Below, in pieces: positions 18,134 to 27,310 of a DNA stretch of 42,363 bases (position 1 is its first letter; every line of letters starts with the position of its first letter). Below the pieces are notes generated by a model that did not search any database, was not told where the DNA came from, and saw only the letters and a list, made by a program, of their open reading frames with translations. Source of the stretch: Porticoccaceae bacterium (GTDB taxonomy: Bacteria > Pseudomonadota > Gammaproteobacteria > Pseudomonadales > Porticoccaceae); the NCBI GenBank assembly GCA_017858295.1, contig JAFMBU010000001.1, forward strand, positions 1 to 42,363. Direction: 5' to 3'. Made by a program: the position numbers and the translations under genes.

Positions 18134-19090
18134 ATGGAACATCTAAATCAGTGGCAGCCCGGTGCCAATATGACGGCTCTGCGCCAGCGCAGTCGGGTGC
18201 TCTCTCAGCTGCGGGATTTTTTTCAGCAGCGTCAGGTAATGGAAGTGGATCTGCCGTTGCTGTCGAGGGCAACGGTAACTGACCTCAATATCGATAGTAT
18301 TGAAGCGCGCAACGAAGAGGTCGGTGCCTATCTTCAGACCTCTCCAGAATATTTCATGAAGCGCCTGCTGGCCTCTGGTAGTGGCGATATCTACAGCCTC
18401 GGCAAAGCCTTTCGCGACGCTGAGAGCGGCCGTCGTCACAATCCCGAGTTTACCCTGCTGGAATGGTATCGCTGTGGTTGGGATGAGCATCAGCTGATGG
18501 ACGAGGTGGTCGAGCTGATTGCTACCCTAGTGCCAGAGATAGCAGTTCGACGATGCAGCTATGCAGAACTGTTTATCCAGCACCTGGAGGTCGATCCCCA
18601 TCTTGTTGATCTAACCAATCTGCAAAGCCTGGCAGTGGCTGCCAGCTCAGAGGCTTGGGCCGATGAGACTCGCGCCAACTGTCTGGATCTGTTGTTTTCA
18701 GTTCTTATCGAACCGCAACTAGATGATGGTCTAGTCCTGGTATATGACTATCCTGCCTGCCAGGCGGCCTTGGCTAAATGTGCTGAGGACAGTCAGGGAC
18801 GTCAGGTAAGCAGACGTTTTGAGGGGTTTTTAAACCGTGTTGAGTTGGCCAATGGTTACTGTGAGTTGACTGACGTTGCAGAGCAGGAGAGTCGTTTTAC
18901 AGAGGATCAGCGTCTGCGCAAGTTGTCGGGCAAGGCTGCTGTGGCGGCAGATCAGCGACTGCTCGCCGCGATGGAGTCTGGGCTTCCCGAATGTGCCGGT
19001 GTGGCTATGGGTGTGGATCGATTATTGATGCAGCTTCAGGGTGCCGATTCAATTGATCAGGTGATGGCTTTTAGCTGGAAGCGCTGTTAA
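18134..19090 (+). CDS. epmA: EF-P lysine-(R)-beta-lysine ligase
   Basis: YLQTSPEYFMKRLLA, FRDAESGRRHNPEFT.LEWY, ELANGY.EL, GVAMGVDRL; adjacent to efp. Confidence 0.95.
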   Translation: MEHLNQWQPGANMTALRQRSRVLSQLRDFFQQRQVMEVDLPLLSRATVTDLNIDSIEARNEEVGAYLQTSPEYFMKRLLASGSGDIYSLGKAFRDAESGRRHNPEFTLLEWYRCGWDEHQLMDEVVELIATLVPEIAVRRCSYAELFIQHLEVDPHLVDLTNLQSLAVAASSEAWADETRANCLDLLFSVLIEPQLDDGLVLVYDYPACQAALAKCAEDSQGRQVSRRFEGFLNRVELANGYCELTDVAEQESRFTEDQRLRKLSGKAAVAADQRLLAAMESGLPECAGVAMGVDRLLMQLQGADSIDQVMAFSWKRC

Positions 19091-19166
19091 TTGGGCTCAG
19101 GGCTGTTAGTCGGGCTCAGGGCTGTTAATTGGCTCAGGGCTGTTAATTGGCTCAGGGCTGTTAGTC
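19083..19166. repeat. 18-19 bp tandem repeat, 4 full units plus a partial
   Basis: gctgttaattgggctcagg / gctgttagtcgggctcagg / gctgttaattggctcagg / gctgttaattggctcagg / gctgttagtc. Confidence 0.92.
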
Positions 19167-20012
19167 ACACTTAAAGTAATGATCCATAGCCTGAGAGGGC
19201 TCGTCACAGCGCGTATCACCCACTACAGTGGCTGGCACGCCGGCGACAACTGCATGAGCTGGTACGGCTTTTAAGACCACGCTTGATGCGGCGACCATCG
19301 CGCCTTCACCCACTTCGATATTGCCGAGTATTTTTGCTCCAGGGCCGAGCAATACGCCTTTGCGAATTTTTGGGTGACGATCCCCTGAGACTTTGCCGGT
19401 GCCGCCGAGGGTCACCGACTGCATAATCGATACGCAGTCTTCAATCACAGCGGTTTCACCAATCACCAGACCAGTGGCGTGATCGATTAAGATGCCGCTG
19501 CCAATAACGGCTGCCGGGTGAATATCCACCGCAAAGATCAGCGAGATTCTGTACTGCACTAGCAGCGCTAGAGATTGACGTTGCTCATTCCAGAGCTGAT
19601 GGGCGACACGATATGCCTGGAGTGCAAGAAAGCCTTTAAAGTAGAGAAATGGCGTCAAATACAATGTGCAGGCCGAATCCCGATCAACTGTTGCGGCAAT
19701 ATCTGCTGCCACTGCATCAATAATTTCTTCTGTGGAAAATGCCCGATCCATAAGGGTTCTCAGCATGACTTCTGGCACTTCGTCGCTTGCCAGTTTACCT
19801 GCCAGATAGTGGCTCAGTGCCGTGCTAAGACTGTTGTGGCTGAGAATAGTCGCATTAAAGAAATTGGCCAGTGCGGGTTCAGCAGTCGCTGCGGCTTGTG
19901 CTTCCCGGTGTATCTGCTGCCAGATGCTGTCAGGCTCTTTGGTAGGCGATACGGTCAAAGGAGCTGTCGAGGCTGCACTGGCTGATGTAATAGGTTTTTT
20001 CATGGCGCCCAT
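19161..20012 (-). CDS. cysE: Serine O-acetyltransferase, copy 2
   Basis: DRDSAC, LYFKGFLALQAYR.AH, VDIHPAA, IDHATG.VIGET, VTLGGTGK..GDRHPKI. The start may be ATG 20003. Confidence 0.92.
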   Translation of the reverse strand: MGAMKKPITSASAASTAPLTVSPTKEPDSIWQQIHREAQAAATAEPALANFFNATILSHNSLSTALSHYLAGKLASDEVPEVMLRTLMDRAFSTEEIIDAVAADIAATVDRDSACTLYLTPFLYFKGFLALQAYRVAHQLWNEQRQSLALLVQYRISLIFAVDIHPAAVIGSGILIDHATGLVIGETAVIEDCVSIMQSVTLGGTGKVSGDRHPKIRKGVLLGPGAKILGNIEVGEGAMVAASSVVLKAVPAHAVVAGVPATVVGDTRCDEPSQAMDHYFKCD

Positions 20013-20018
20013 TCTGAG

Positions 20019-20789
20019 TCACACTGTCCTATTATTCCAGCTTGTTCTTGCAATACTCCATATATCCACCTGCGCGGCCCCTGCTTTTAGTAGGGCTTTG
20101 GCTACACTGTTTGCTGTGGCGCCTGTGGTCACCACGTCGTCCACTACAGCTACAGATAATCCATTGAGATTTTGCGCTTGTGCAATAAAAGCCTTGTTGA
20201 TACTCGTTAAACGTTTCTTGGCGCTAAGCAGGTGTTGATCCTGTCCTTTGATAATTCGTCGACAAATATCACTGCGGATTTCAATGGCAGTGTGGTGCTC
20301 GCGGCGAAGATAATCTGCCACTAGGTTGCTAATGATATGGCTTTGATTAAAACCTCGTTTGGTCATTTTTAGCCAGTGTAATGGCAGGGGGATAATCGTC
20401 TCGGGGCAGGGCTGTTGAGCTAGTCTATAGGTAGTTGAGATGCGCTCGGCCAGGGCGGCACTGAGCTGTTTGATCTCTGTTGTGTAGGGGTCGCTCTTAA
20501 AACGCAGAATAATATTATCCACTGGTGTCTGATAGTGGAATGCCGCGATACAGCGCCTATAGGTTGGCGGTTTTTGTTGGCAGTTGGCGCATAGGGTGTC
20601 GCTGACCAGTGGGACAGCGCAGCGTTGGCATTGAGTGGTGAGGCGAGGCAGTTCGGCAACACAGTTGTGACAAAGGGCGCCGGCGGACAGTTGCAATGGC
20701 GATTGGCAGAAACTGCAACTGCTGGGTAAGAGGCTGTGGCTGAACTGTTTAACCAGGTTATTGGCAGCTCGGTTGAGCAGTGGTCGCAC
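20019..20789 (-). CDS. comF: ComF family protein (double zinc ribbon plus PRTase domain)
   Basis: CSFC/CHNC/CQRC/CANC, IPLPLH...RGFNQS, VVDDVVTTGAT. Start moved to GTG 20789, which follows AAGGAGG. Confidence 0.88.
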   Translation of the reverse strand: MRPLLNRAANNLVKQFSHSLLPSSCSFCQSPLQLSAGALCHNCVAELPRLTTQCQRCAVPLVSDTLCANCQQKPPTYRRCIAAFHYQTPVDNIILRFKSDPYTTEIKQLSAALAERISTTYRLAQQPCPETIIPLPLHWLKMTKRGFNQSHIISNLVADYLRREHHTAIEIRSDICRRIIKGQDQHLLSAKKRLTSINKAFIAQAQNLNGLSVAVVDDVVTTGATANSVAKALLKAGAAQVDIWSIARTSWNNRTV

Positions 20790-20859
20790 CGCAAACCTCC
20801 TTGCTTGCGTTATCGTCAGACTTAGTGGGCGTCTTGAGTGCGGCGCCTTAGGGGGTGTT

Positions 20860-21420
20860 CTAGGCGACGCTCTGGGTGGGATCCTTTTCGTCTTCATCAG
20901 GGATGTCGAGCATACCTGGAGCGGCATCGTTATCCGCTTCACTCTGTGCTTTGCTATCCACTTTGCTATCCATTTTGTGCTGCTCTACCTCGGTGAGGCC
21001 ATAGTTTTCACTTAGGATGCCGCCGGGAACGCTGGGGGCGTAATCTCGCGGAACCTCAACGTCGCTTAGGTCAATCAATGGATTGCCATTGGAATCCAGC
21101 AGGCCAAAATCACTGCCGCCGGATTTGAGAATTTGACGGGCCACGTCGGGGCTGGCTAGGCGCATGGCTTTAGAGGCCAGGTGCTCGTGGATCTGCCTAT
21201 AGCTCTGGGCAATATTACTGGTCAGGTGCGAGGCGGTAATAAAGTGCTCGGTGACTTCTTGCTGGTAGCGCTTGAGTTCTTTTTCACTGGCGGCCAGTTT
21301 TTGTTCGAGATTGCGCACTGATTTATCGCCGCTATCTACCTTTCTTGAAAATAGGTGGCCGACGGCAGCTCCGATCAGAAAAAATACCGCTGCAATCAAA
21401 ATTACGCTCAAAGTTGTCAA
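20860..21420 (-). CDS. zapG: YhcB/ZapG (DUF1043) membrane-anchored coiled-coil protein
   Basis: N-terminal TM, YQQEVTEHF..., Y.QIHEHLA, and the PRDYA motif; divergent from zapE. Confidence 0.85.
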   Translation of the reverse strand: MTTLSVILIAAVFFLIGAAVGHLFSRKVDSGDKSVRNLEQKLAASEKELKRYQQEVTEHFITASHLTSNIAQSYRQIHEHLASKAMRLASPDVARQILKSGGSDFGLLDSNGNPLIDLSDVEVPRDYAPSVPGGILSENYGLTEVEQHKMDSKVDSKAQSEADNDAAPGMLDIPDEDEKDPTQSVA

Positions 21421-21627
21421 TGTGATCTCCCATACTTAATTTATTGCACGCCTTTAGTGTCGCCAAAGGCGGTTGTTGAAGCAATGTTTTATTGGCCAAA
21501 GGGGTAACTAATTTTCTCCGATCGCAGGCTCGAAGATCTCTGTTGGCTATATCCCCGCATTTATCGGTTGTCTTGCGGCGCCGTGCTGGTTAAAGTCTGC
21601 GTTTAAGCAGCGATCCTACCATATTCA

Positions 21628-22725
21628 ATGTTAACCCCAAAGCAGCGCTATCAAAATGATCTGGCTCGAGAGGGCTTTGTCGCGGACTCAGCCCAGGCTC
21701 TGGCAGTTGATAAACTGGAGCAGTTGTGTAGCCGCCTGACGCAGCGCAATCAGCGTAAAAAGGGCAGCCTGCTGGCAAAAATACTGCGTCCTGCGCTGAC
21801 GCCTGAAAAGGGGCTCTATTTCTGGGGTGGCGTGGGTCGAGGCAAGACTTATTTAATGGACAGCTTTTACGAGAGTCTGCCTTTCGAGCGCAAGATGCGG
21901 ATTCACTTTCACCGTTTTATGCGCCGTGTTCACCAGGACTTAGATAATTTAAAAGGACAGGCCAATCCGCTGGAGTTGGTTGCGGACTCTATAGCCAAAG
22001 AGGCTCAGGTGGTCTGTTTCGATGAGTTCTTTGTCAGTGATATCACCGATGCGATGATTTTAGCGCGCCTATTAGAAGGGCTCTTTGCCCGTGGCGTTAC
22101 CTTGGTTGCGACGTCCAATATAGTTCCCGACCTGCTGTACCGTGACGGTTTGCAACGACAGCGTTTTTTGCCGGCTATCGCCCTGCTTAACTTGCACTGT
22201 GAAGTGGTCAATGTGGATGGTGGTCAGGATTATCGTCTGCGAGCACTGGAGCAGGCTGAACTCTATTACTCGCCCTTGGGTGAGTTGGCAGATCAGGCTA
22301 TAGGTGCAACTTTTAATAGTTTGGTGGCTGTTGAAGGTGAAATAAAGCTCGCAGTGGATCTGGATATTGAGGGTCGATTAATTCCTTCGATCAAGGTGGC
22401 CGAGGATATAGTCTGGTTTGAATTTGCAGCAATTTGCGAAGGTCCGCGCAGTCAAAATGATTATATTGAGCTGGCGAGAGAATTTCATTCAGTAATGATC
22501 AGCGGCGTACCAATCTTTACGCCGGCCAATAATGATGCGGCGCGGCGCTTTATTAATCTGGTCGATGAGTTCTATGACCGCAGCGTTAAATTGGCTGTAA
22601 CCGCCGCCGCGCCTCTCTATGAGCTCTATAGTGGCGGTCGCTTGGGGTTTGAATTTCAGCGTACAGAGAGTCGATTGTTAGAAATGCAGAGCCGCGAGTA
22701 TTTGGCTCGGCCACACCGCCCGTGA
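21628..22725 (+). CDS. zapE: AFG1-family ATPase ZapE
   Basis: GLYFWGGVGRGKTYLMD, CFDEFFVSDITDAM, RRFINLVDEFYD, RTESRLLEMQS. Confidence 0.95.
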   Translation: MLTPKQRYQNDLAREGFVADSAQALAVDKLEQLCSRLTQRNQRKKGSLLAKILRPALTPEKGLYFWGGVGRGKTYLMDSFYESLPFERKMRIHFHRFMRRVHQDLDNLKGQANPLELVADSIAKEAQVVCFDEFFVSDITDAMILARLLEGLFARGVTLVATSNIVPDLLYRDGLQRQRFLPAIALLNLHCEVVNVDGGQDYRLRALEQAELYYSPLGELADQAIGATFNSLVAVEGEIKLAVDLDIEGRLIPSIKVAEDIVWFEFAAICEGPRSQNDYIELAREFHSVMISGVPIFTPANNDAARRFINLVDEFYDRSVKLAVTAAAPLYELYSGGRLGFEFQRTESRLLEMQSREYLARPHRP

Positions 22726-22765
22726 GGGGCTCAATAAAAAACTTACATTTTGATCGCATCGCCCC

Positions 22766-22794
22766 TTGTAATAGGTGCGGGTGATCATTACAAT
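22766..22794 (+). promoter_or_regulatory. Putative sigma70 promoter of rplM-rpsI
   Basis: TTGTAA-N17-TACAAT followed by GC-containing TCGCAC. Confidence 0.65.
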
Positions 22795-22836
22795 TCGCAC
22801 CCTTTTTTGGGATCCCCCAAAGCCAGGCAGGAATAG

Positions 22837-23265
22837 ATGAAAACATATAGCGCAAAAATAGAAACAGTAGAACGTGATTGGTTTATCGTAGACGCCGAGG
22901 GTAAAACTCTGGGTCGTTTGGCAGTGGAAATTGCAACTCGCCTGCGCGGTAAGCACAAACCAGAATATACTCCCCACGTTGATACCGGCGATTACATCGT
23001 TGTGGTTAACGCGGAGAAGATTGGTGTGACTGGAAACAAAGCCACACAGAAAACTTATTACTCTCACACCGGTTACCCCGGTGGTCTGAAGGATATTACT
23101 TTTGACAAGTTGATTGAGAAAGCGCCTGAGCGCGTTATCCAATCTGCCGTTAAAGGTATGTTGCCCCGCGGACCACTTGGTCGGGAAATGTTTAGAAAAC
23201 TTAAGGTCTACGTTGGCAGTGCACATCCGCATGCCGCGCAGCAGCCTCAAGCTCTAGAACTTTAA
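22837..23265 (+). CDS. rplM: 50S ribosomal protein L13
   Basis: LGRLA...[26 protein letters not shown]. Confidence 0.99.
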   Translation: MKTYSAKIETVERDWFIVDAEGKTLGRLAVEIATRLRGKHKPEYTPHVDTGDYIVVVNAEKIGVTGNKATQKTYYSHTGYPGGLKDITFDKLIEKAPERVIQSAVKGMLPRGPLGREMFRKLKVYVGSAHPHAAQQPQALEL

Positions 23266-23280
23266 CGGACAGCGATTATC

Positions 23281-23673
23281 ATGGCAGACACTCAATTTTA
23301 CGGCACTGGCCGTCGCAAGACGTCAGCAGCTCGCGTTTTCCTGACTGCAGGAAGCGGCAATATTTCTATTAATGATCGTGCGATCGATGTGTATTTCGGT
23401 CGTGAAGTGGCGCGAATGATTGTTCGCCAGCCATTTGAGATTGTTGATATGGTCAACAAGTTTGATATGAAGATCACCGTTAATGGCGGTGGTAACTTTG
23501 GTCAGGCTGGTGCAATCCGTCACGGTATTGCCCGCGCCTTGCTTCAGTATGATGAAAATCTTCGTTCGCCACTGCGCAAAGCTGGGTTCTTGACCCGTGA
23601 TGCGAGACAGGTTGAGCGTAAGAAAGTTGGACTGCACAAGGCCCGTAAGCGTCCTCAGTTCTCCAAGCGTTAA
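23281..23673 (+). CDS. rpsI: 30S ribosomal protein S9
   Basis: [36 protein letters not shown]. Confidence 0.99.
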   Translation: MADTQFYGTGRRKTSAARVFLTAGSGNISINDRAIDVYFGREVARMIVRQPFEIVDMVNKFDMKITVNGGGNFGQAGAIRHGIARALLQYDENLRSPLRKAGFLTRDARQVERKKVGLHKARKRPQFSKR

Positions 23674-23692
23674 TAGCAGCGCTAAAAAGAAT

Positions 23693-23721
23693 AGCCCGAC
23701 TCATGAGTCGGGCTTTTTTTT
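23693..23721 (+). terminator. Rho-independent terminator after rpsI
   Basis: Perfect palindrome agcccgactcatgagtcgggct running into a T-tract. Confidence 0.9.
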
Positions 23722-23766
23722 GCCTTAAAAAACAGTAAGTTATCCCTGATCCGTCTAACTCCCTTG

Positions 23767-23795
23767 TTGCGTATAAAGAGCGCTTCCGTTAGAAT
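23767..23795 (+). promoter_or_regulatory. Putative sigma70 promoter of the pet operon
   Basis: TTGCGT-N17-TAGAAT. Confidence 0.5.
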
Positions 23796-23866
23796 GCGGG
23801 GCCATTTTTAATTGCATGCGAATCCGCGTGTTTTAACATCCAATTTTGCTGTTTAGGGAGAACGTC

Positions 23867-24472
23867 ATGACCAATGACGGAGTCAACCATAGTCGTCGCC
23901 GATTCTTACTTGGTGCTACCTCAGTCGTAGGTGGTGCAGGTGTAGTTGGTGCGGCCGTTCCATTTGTTTCATCCTGGCAACCCAGTGCCAAAGCTAAGGC
24001 TGCTGGCGCTCCGGTTAAGATCAATATTTCCAAGCTCGAGGTAGGCGGTCGCCTGGTCGTCGAGTGGCGTGGCAAGCCTGTCTATATTGTCCGTCGCACG
24101 CCGGAGTCTCTGGTAGCCATTGATGATATTGATAGCAGCATATTACGCGATGCAGACTCAGTCGCGGCTTCGCAGCCTAGCTATGTGACTGGCTCAGCCC
24201 GAACTCAGGCTGGCCGCGAAGAGTATTTGATCTTGGTTGGCCTCTGTACGCACCTAGGTTGCGCACCGATGTATCGCCCGGACGTGGGAGCAGTTGATTT
24301 GGGCGGTGACTCTTGGTTGGGTGGTTTCTTCTGCCCTTGCCACGGCTCAAAGTTTGATCTCTCAGGACGAGTTTTTGCTGGCGTTCCAGCGCCAACCAAT
24401 TTGGAAATTCCGCCTCATTTCTATGAGTCGGACGACATTGTTATTATCGGAATTGATGCGGAGATTGCGTAA
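23867..24472 (+). CDS. petA: Ubiquinol-cytochrome c reductase Rieske subunit
   Basis: Tat motif SRRRFL, CTHLGC and CPCHGS. Start moved to ATG 23867 after GGGAG. Confidence 0.97.
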   Translation: MTNDGVNHSRRRFLLGATSVVGGAGVVGAAVPFVSSWQPSAKAKAAGAPVKINISKLEVGGRLVVEWRGKPVYIVRRTPESLVAIDDIDSSILRDADSVAASQPSYVTGSARTQAGREEYLILVGLCTHLGCAPMYRPDVGAVDLGGDSWLGGFFCPCHGSKFDLSGRVFAGVPAPTNLEIPPHFYESDDIVIIGIDAEIA

Positions 24473-26508
24473 TGAGTAAAGGAACATCTTTTGCTGAATG
24501 GCTAGATTCACGTATGCCTACGCTCAAGCGCGAGTGGAATCGGCATATGGCCGAGTATTACGCGCCAAAGAATTTCAACTTTTGGTACTACTTCGGCGTA
24601 CTGTCGATGGTGGTTCTGGTTATTCAGTTGATAACCGGTATCTGGTTGCTGATGAGCTACCAGGGCTCTGCTGAGCAGGCCTTCGCCTCGGTTGAATATA
24701 TTATGCGCGATGTGGATATGGGTTGGATTATCCGCTATGCCCACTCCACAGGTGCCTCGGCATTTTTCGTTGTGGTCTACATGCACATGTATCGCGGCCT
24801 GATCTATGGCTCTTATAAAGCGCCTCGCGAGCTGGTGTGGATCTTTGGCATGACTATCTATGTGGCGTTGATGGCTGAGGCTTTCCTCGGTTATGTATTG
24901 CCTTGGGGTCAGATGTCCTACTGGGGCGCGCAGGTGATTATTTCTCTGTTTGGCGCGATTCCAGTGGTTGGTGAAGACGTTGTGCAGTGGATTCGTGGTG
25001 ATTACCTGATTTCGGGTATTACGCTAAACCGCTTTATGTCTCTGCACGTTGTCGCTATGCCAATCATTCTGATTGCACTGGTGGTTATGCATATCATTGC
25101 ATTGCACGATGTAGGCTCTAACAATCCAGATGGCGTTAGCATCAAGAAGTACAAAGATGAGAAAGGTAACCCGATTGACGGAATTCCCTTCTATCCCTAC
25201 TTTGTTATTCACGATCTGGTGCCGATTGTGGTGTTCCTGTTTGTGTTCTGCGCGATCCTGTTCTTTATGCCAGAGATGGGCGGCTACTTCTTAGAGTATG
25301 CTAACTTCGAAATCGCCAACTCCTTGAAGACACCAGAGCATATTGCACCGGTTTGGTATTTCACTCCTTACTACTCGATGCTCCGTGCAGTCCCCGACAA
25401 GCTCGGTGGCTTTATCACTATGGCAGCTGCCATCGCGATTCTGTTTGTACTGCCCTGGTTGGATCGCAGTCCGGTGCGCTCTATGCGCTATAAAGGAAAC
25501 TTCAGTCGCGGTGCGATTCTGGTGTTTGTTGCGTCCTTTATCCTGCTGGGATACTTGGGTGTCAAAGCGCCGACCGCATCACGCACGTTGCTAGCTCAGA
25601 TCTGTACGGTTCTGTACTTCTCATACTTTATCGGTATCTACTTCTGGACTCGCATAGAGACCACTAGACCAGAGCCCGATCGCATTACCATGGATGGCGG
25701 CATTGGAATTTGGAAGACCTTGGGCGGTGTGTTGATTGTTGCACTACTCGTTGTGCTGCCAATCAAAGCTGTAGGCGCCGAGAGTGGCAAATCATGCGGC
25801 ACCGTTGACTGCGATACGTTTGAGGCTGATCTTCGCGATCATGCCTCACTGCAGAATGGCGCTCAACTGGCCGTCAACTACTGCATGGGTTGTCACTCAT
25901 TCAAGTACTCGCGCTGGGAACGTGTCGCCAACGATATTGGTATCCCCAATCAGTTGATGCTCGACAATATGGTTTTCACCGGTCAAAAGATCGGTGAGCT
26001 GATGGAAATCTCCATGACTGAAGATGGCGCCAAAGATTGGTTTGGTGCAGTGCCACCGGATTTGACTCTGGTTGCTCGCTCGCGCTCGCCAGAGTGGGTC
26101 TACACTTATCTGCGCAATTTTTACGCAGACCCAAGTCGACCTCTAGGCGTTAACAACAAAGTATTTAAAGACGTAGGTATGCCCCATGTGTTGCTCGATC
26201 TGCAGGGCTTGCCTGAATGTGCGCCAGGGCCTGTAGTCACAGCCAACGGCGGTATTAAGCGCGACCTTTTGACCGGTGAAGATATTCTCGATGACCCCTG
26301 TGGTCGTTTTGATATCACCACTGCGGGCAGCATGACTGCCGAAGAATTTGATGTGGCGATGTATGATTTGGTCAACTTTATGACCTATATTGCAGAGCCT
26401 ATGGCAGAAGAGCGCAAGCATATTGGCCGTCTGGTGCTGTTATTCCTGCTGCTACTGCTGGTCTTTGTTATGCTGCTGAATCGTGAATACTGGAAAGGCA
26501 TTCACTAA
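24472..26508 (+). CDS. petBC: Fused cytochrome b / cytochrome c1 (FbcH-like)
   Basis: Cytochrome b motifs (RYAHSTGAS, GYVLPWGQMSYWG, HIAPVWYF) run in frame through a hydrophobic linker into cytochrome c1 (CMGCH, PPDL, VGMP, C-terminal anchor EYWKGIH). Confidence 0.93.
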   Translation: MSKGTSFAEWLDSRMPTLKREWNRHMAEYYAPKNFNFWYYFGVLSMVVLVIQLITGIWLLMSYQGSAEQAFASVEYIMRDVDMGWIIRYAHSTGASAFFVVVYMHMYRGLIYGSYKAPRELVWIFGMTIYVALMAEAFLGYVLPWGQMSYWGAQVIISLFGAIPVVGEDVVQWIRGDYLISGITLNRFMSLHVVAMPIILIALVVMHIIALHDVGSNNPDGVSIKKYKDEKGNPIDGIPFYPYFVIHDLVPIVVFLFVFCAILFFMPEMGGYFLEYANFEIANSLKTPEHIAPVWYFTPYYSMLRAVPDKLGGFITMAAAIAILFVLPWLDRSPVRSMRYKGNFSRGAILVFVASFILLGYLGVKAPTASRTLLAQICTVLYFSYFIGIYFWTRIETTRPEPDRITMDGGIGIWKTLGGVLIVALLVVLPIKAVGAESGKSCGTVDCDTFEADLRDHASLQNGAQLAVNYCMGCHSFKYSRWERVANDIGIPNQLMLDNMVFTGQKIGELMEISMTEDGAKDWFGAVPPDLTLVARSRSPEWVYTYLRNFYADPSRPLGVNNKVFKDVGMPHVLLDLQGLPECAPGPVVTANGGIKRDLLTGEDILDDPCGRFDITTAGSMTAEEFDVAMYDLVNFMTYIAEPMAEERKHIGRLVLLFLLLLLVFVMLLNREYWKGIH

Positions 26509-26688
26509 GATCGCTAAAGTATTAAAAAATGTTAACCAGCCTTTAGCTGAATCTAGATTATTTTAGAAAATCTAGGTCACTTAGAGGCTATAGTATTACC
26601 CCAGACAGACCATATAAAGGTATGGATTGTCTATTTGGAGCGGCGTTGAGCTGCTTCCTACTTTGTTACTAAAATTTGAGAGGTTGCT

Positions 26689-27309
26689 GTGCGACGATCG
26701 TCGATGACATTATTTTCCGACCCAACATGCCAGTACAGCCATCGTGTGCGTATTGTCTTAGCCGAAAAAGGCGTCACCGTTGATATTGAAGATATCGACC
26801 CAGGTGCGGTTACGGAAGAGATTCTTGAAGCCAACCCCTACGGAACACTGCCTACATTGGTCGACCGTGACCTTGCACTCTATGAGTCAAAGGTTGTTAT
26901 GGAATACCTCGATGAGCGTTTCCCGCATCCACCTCTATTGCCTGTTTATCCCGTTGCGCGCGCTCAGAGCCGCCTGTGGATCCACCGTATTGAAAAAGAC
27001 TGGTGTTCATTAATCACTCATATTTTGCACAACCCGGAAAGTAAGAAGGCCGAGGAGTCGCGCAAAGAGTTACGTGAGTCATTGATTAGCATTGCCAGCA
27101 TCTTTACCGATATGCCTTATTTTATGAGCGAAGAGTTTACTTTGGTCGATTGCTGTTTGGCGCCAATTCTGTGGCGTCTGCCTGAGTTTGGTATCGAACT
27201 GCCAGTCAACCGCCAGGTAAAACCGCTGCATGACTATATGGAACGATTATTCGAGCGTCCCTCTTTCCAAGAGAGTCTGACCGACCTCGAGTTAGAGATT
27301 CGTCAATAA
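26689..27309 (+). CDS. sspA: Stringent starvation protein A (GST fold)
   Basis: MTLFS...[35 protein letters not shown]. Confidence 0.95.
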   Translation: MRRSSMTLFSDPTCQYSHRVRIVLAEKGVTVDIEDIDPGAVTEEILEANPYGTLPTLVDRDLALYESKVVMEYLDERFPHPPLLPVYPVARAQSRLWIHRIEKDWCSLITHILHNPESKKAEESRKELRESLISIASIFTDMPYFMSEEFTLVDCCLAPILWRLPEFGIELPVNRQVKPLHDYMERLFERPSFQESLTDLELEIRQ

Positions 27310-27310
27310 A

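Noticed and set aside
19083-19166. Possible CRISPR array
   Set aside because: Units are head-to-tail with no unique spacers, only 18-19 bp long, and no cas genes are present.
20790-20942. N-terminal extension of comF overlapping zapG (ORF track start 20942)
   Set aside because: A strong AAGGAGG precedes GTG 20789, and the extension is low-complexity out-of-frame zapG sequence.
22678-23704. Long antisense ORFs over rplM/rpsI (190, 104 and 74 aa)
   Set aside because: Typical shadows of codon-biased highly expressed genes, with no recognisable motifs.
25340-25365. PVWY instead of PEWY in cytochrome b
   Set aside because: PVWY is the usual variant in beta- and gammaproteobacteria.
26509-26688. 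Possible sRNA or tRNA in the petBC-sspA spacer (ctagatt...aatctag inverted repeat)
   Set aside because: AT-rich short stem with no cloverleaf or T-loop motif; more likely a promoter or weak terminator region.
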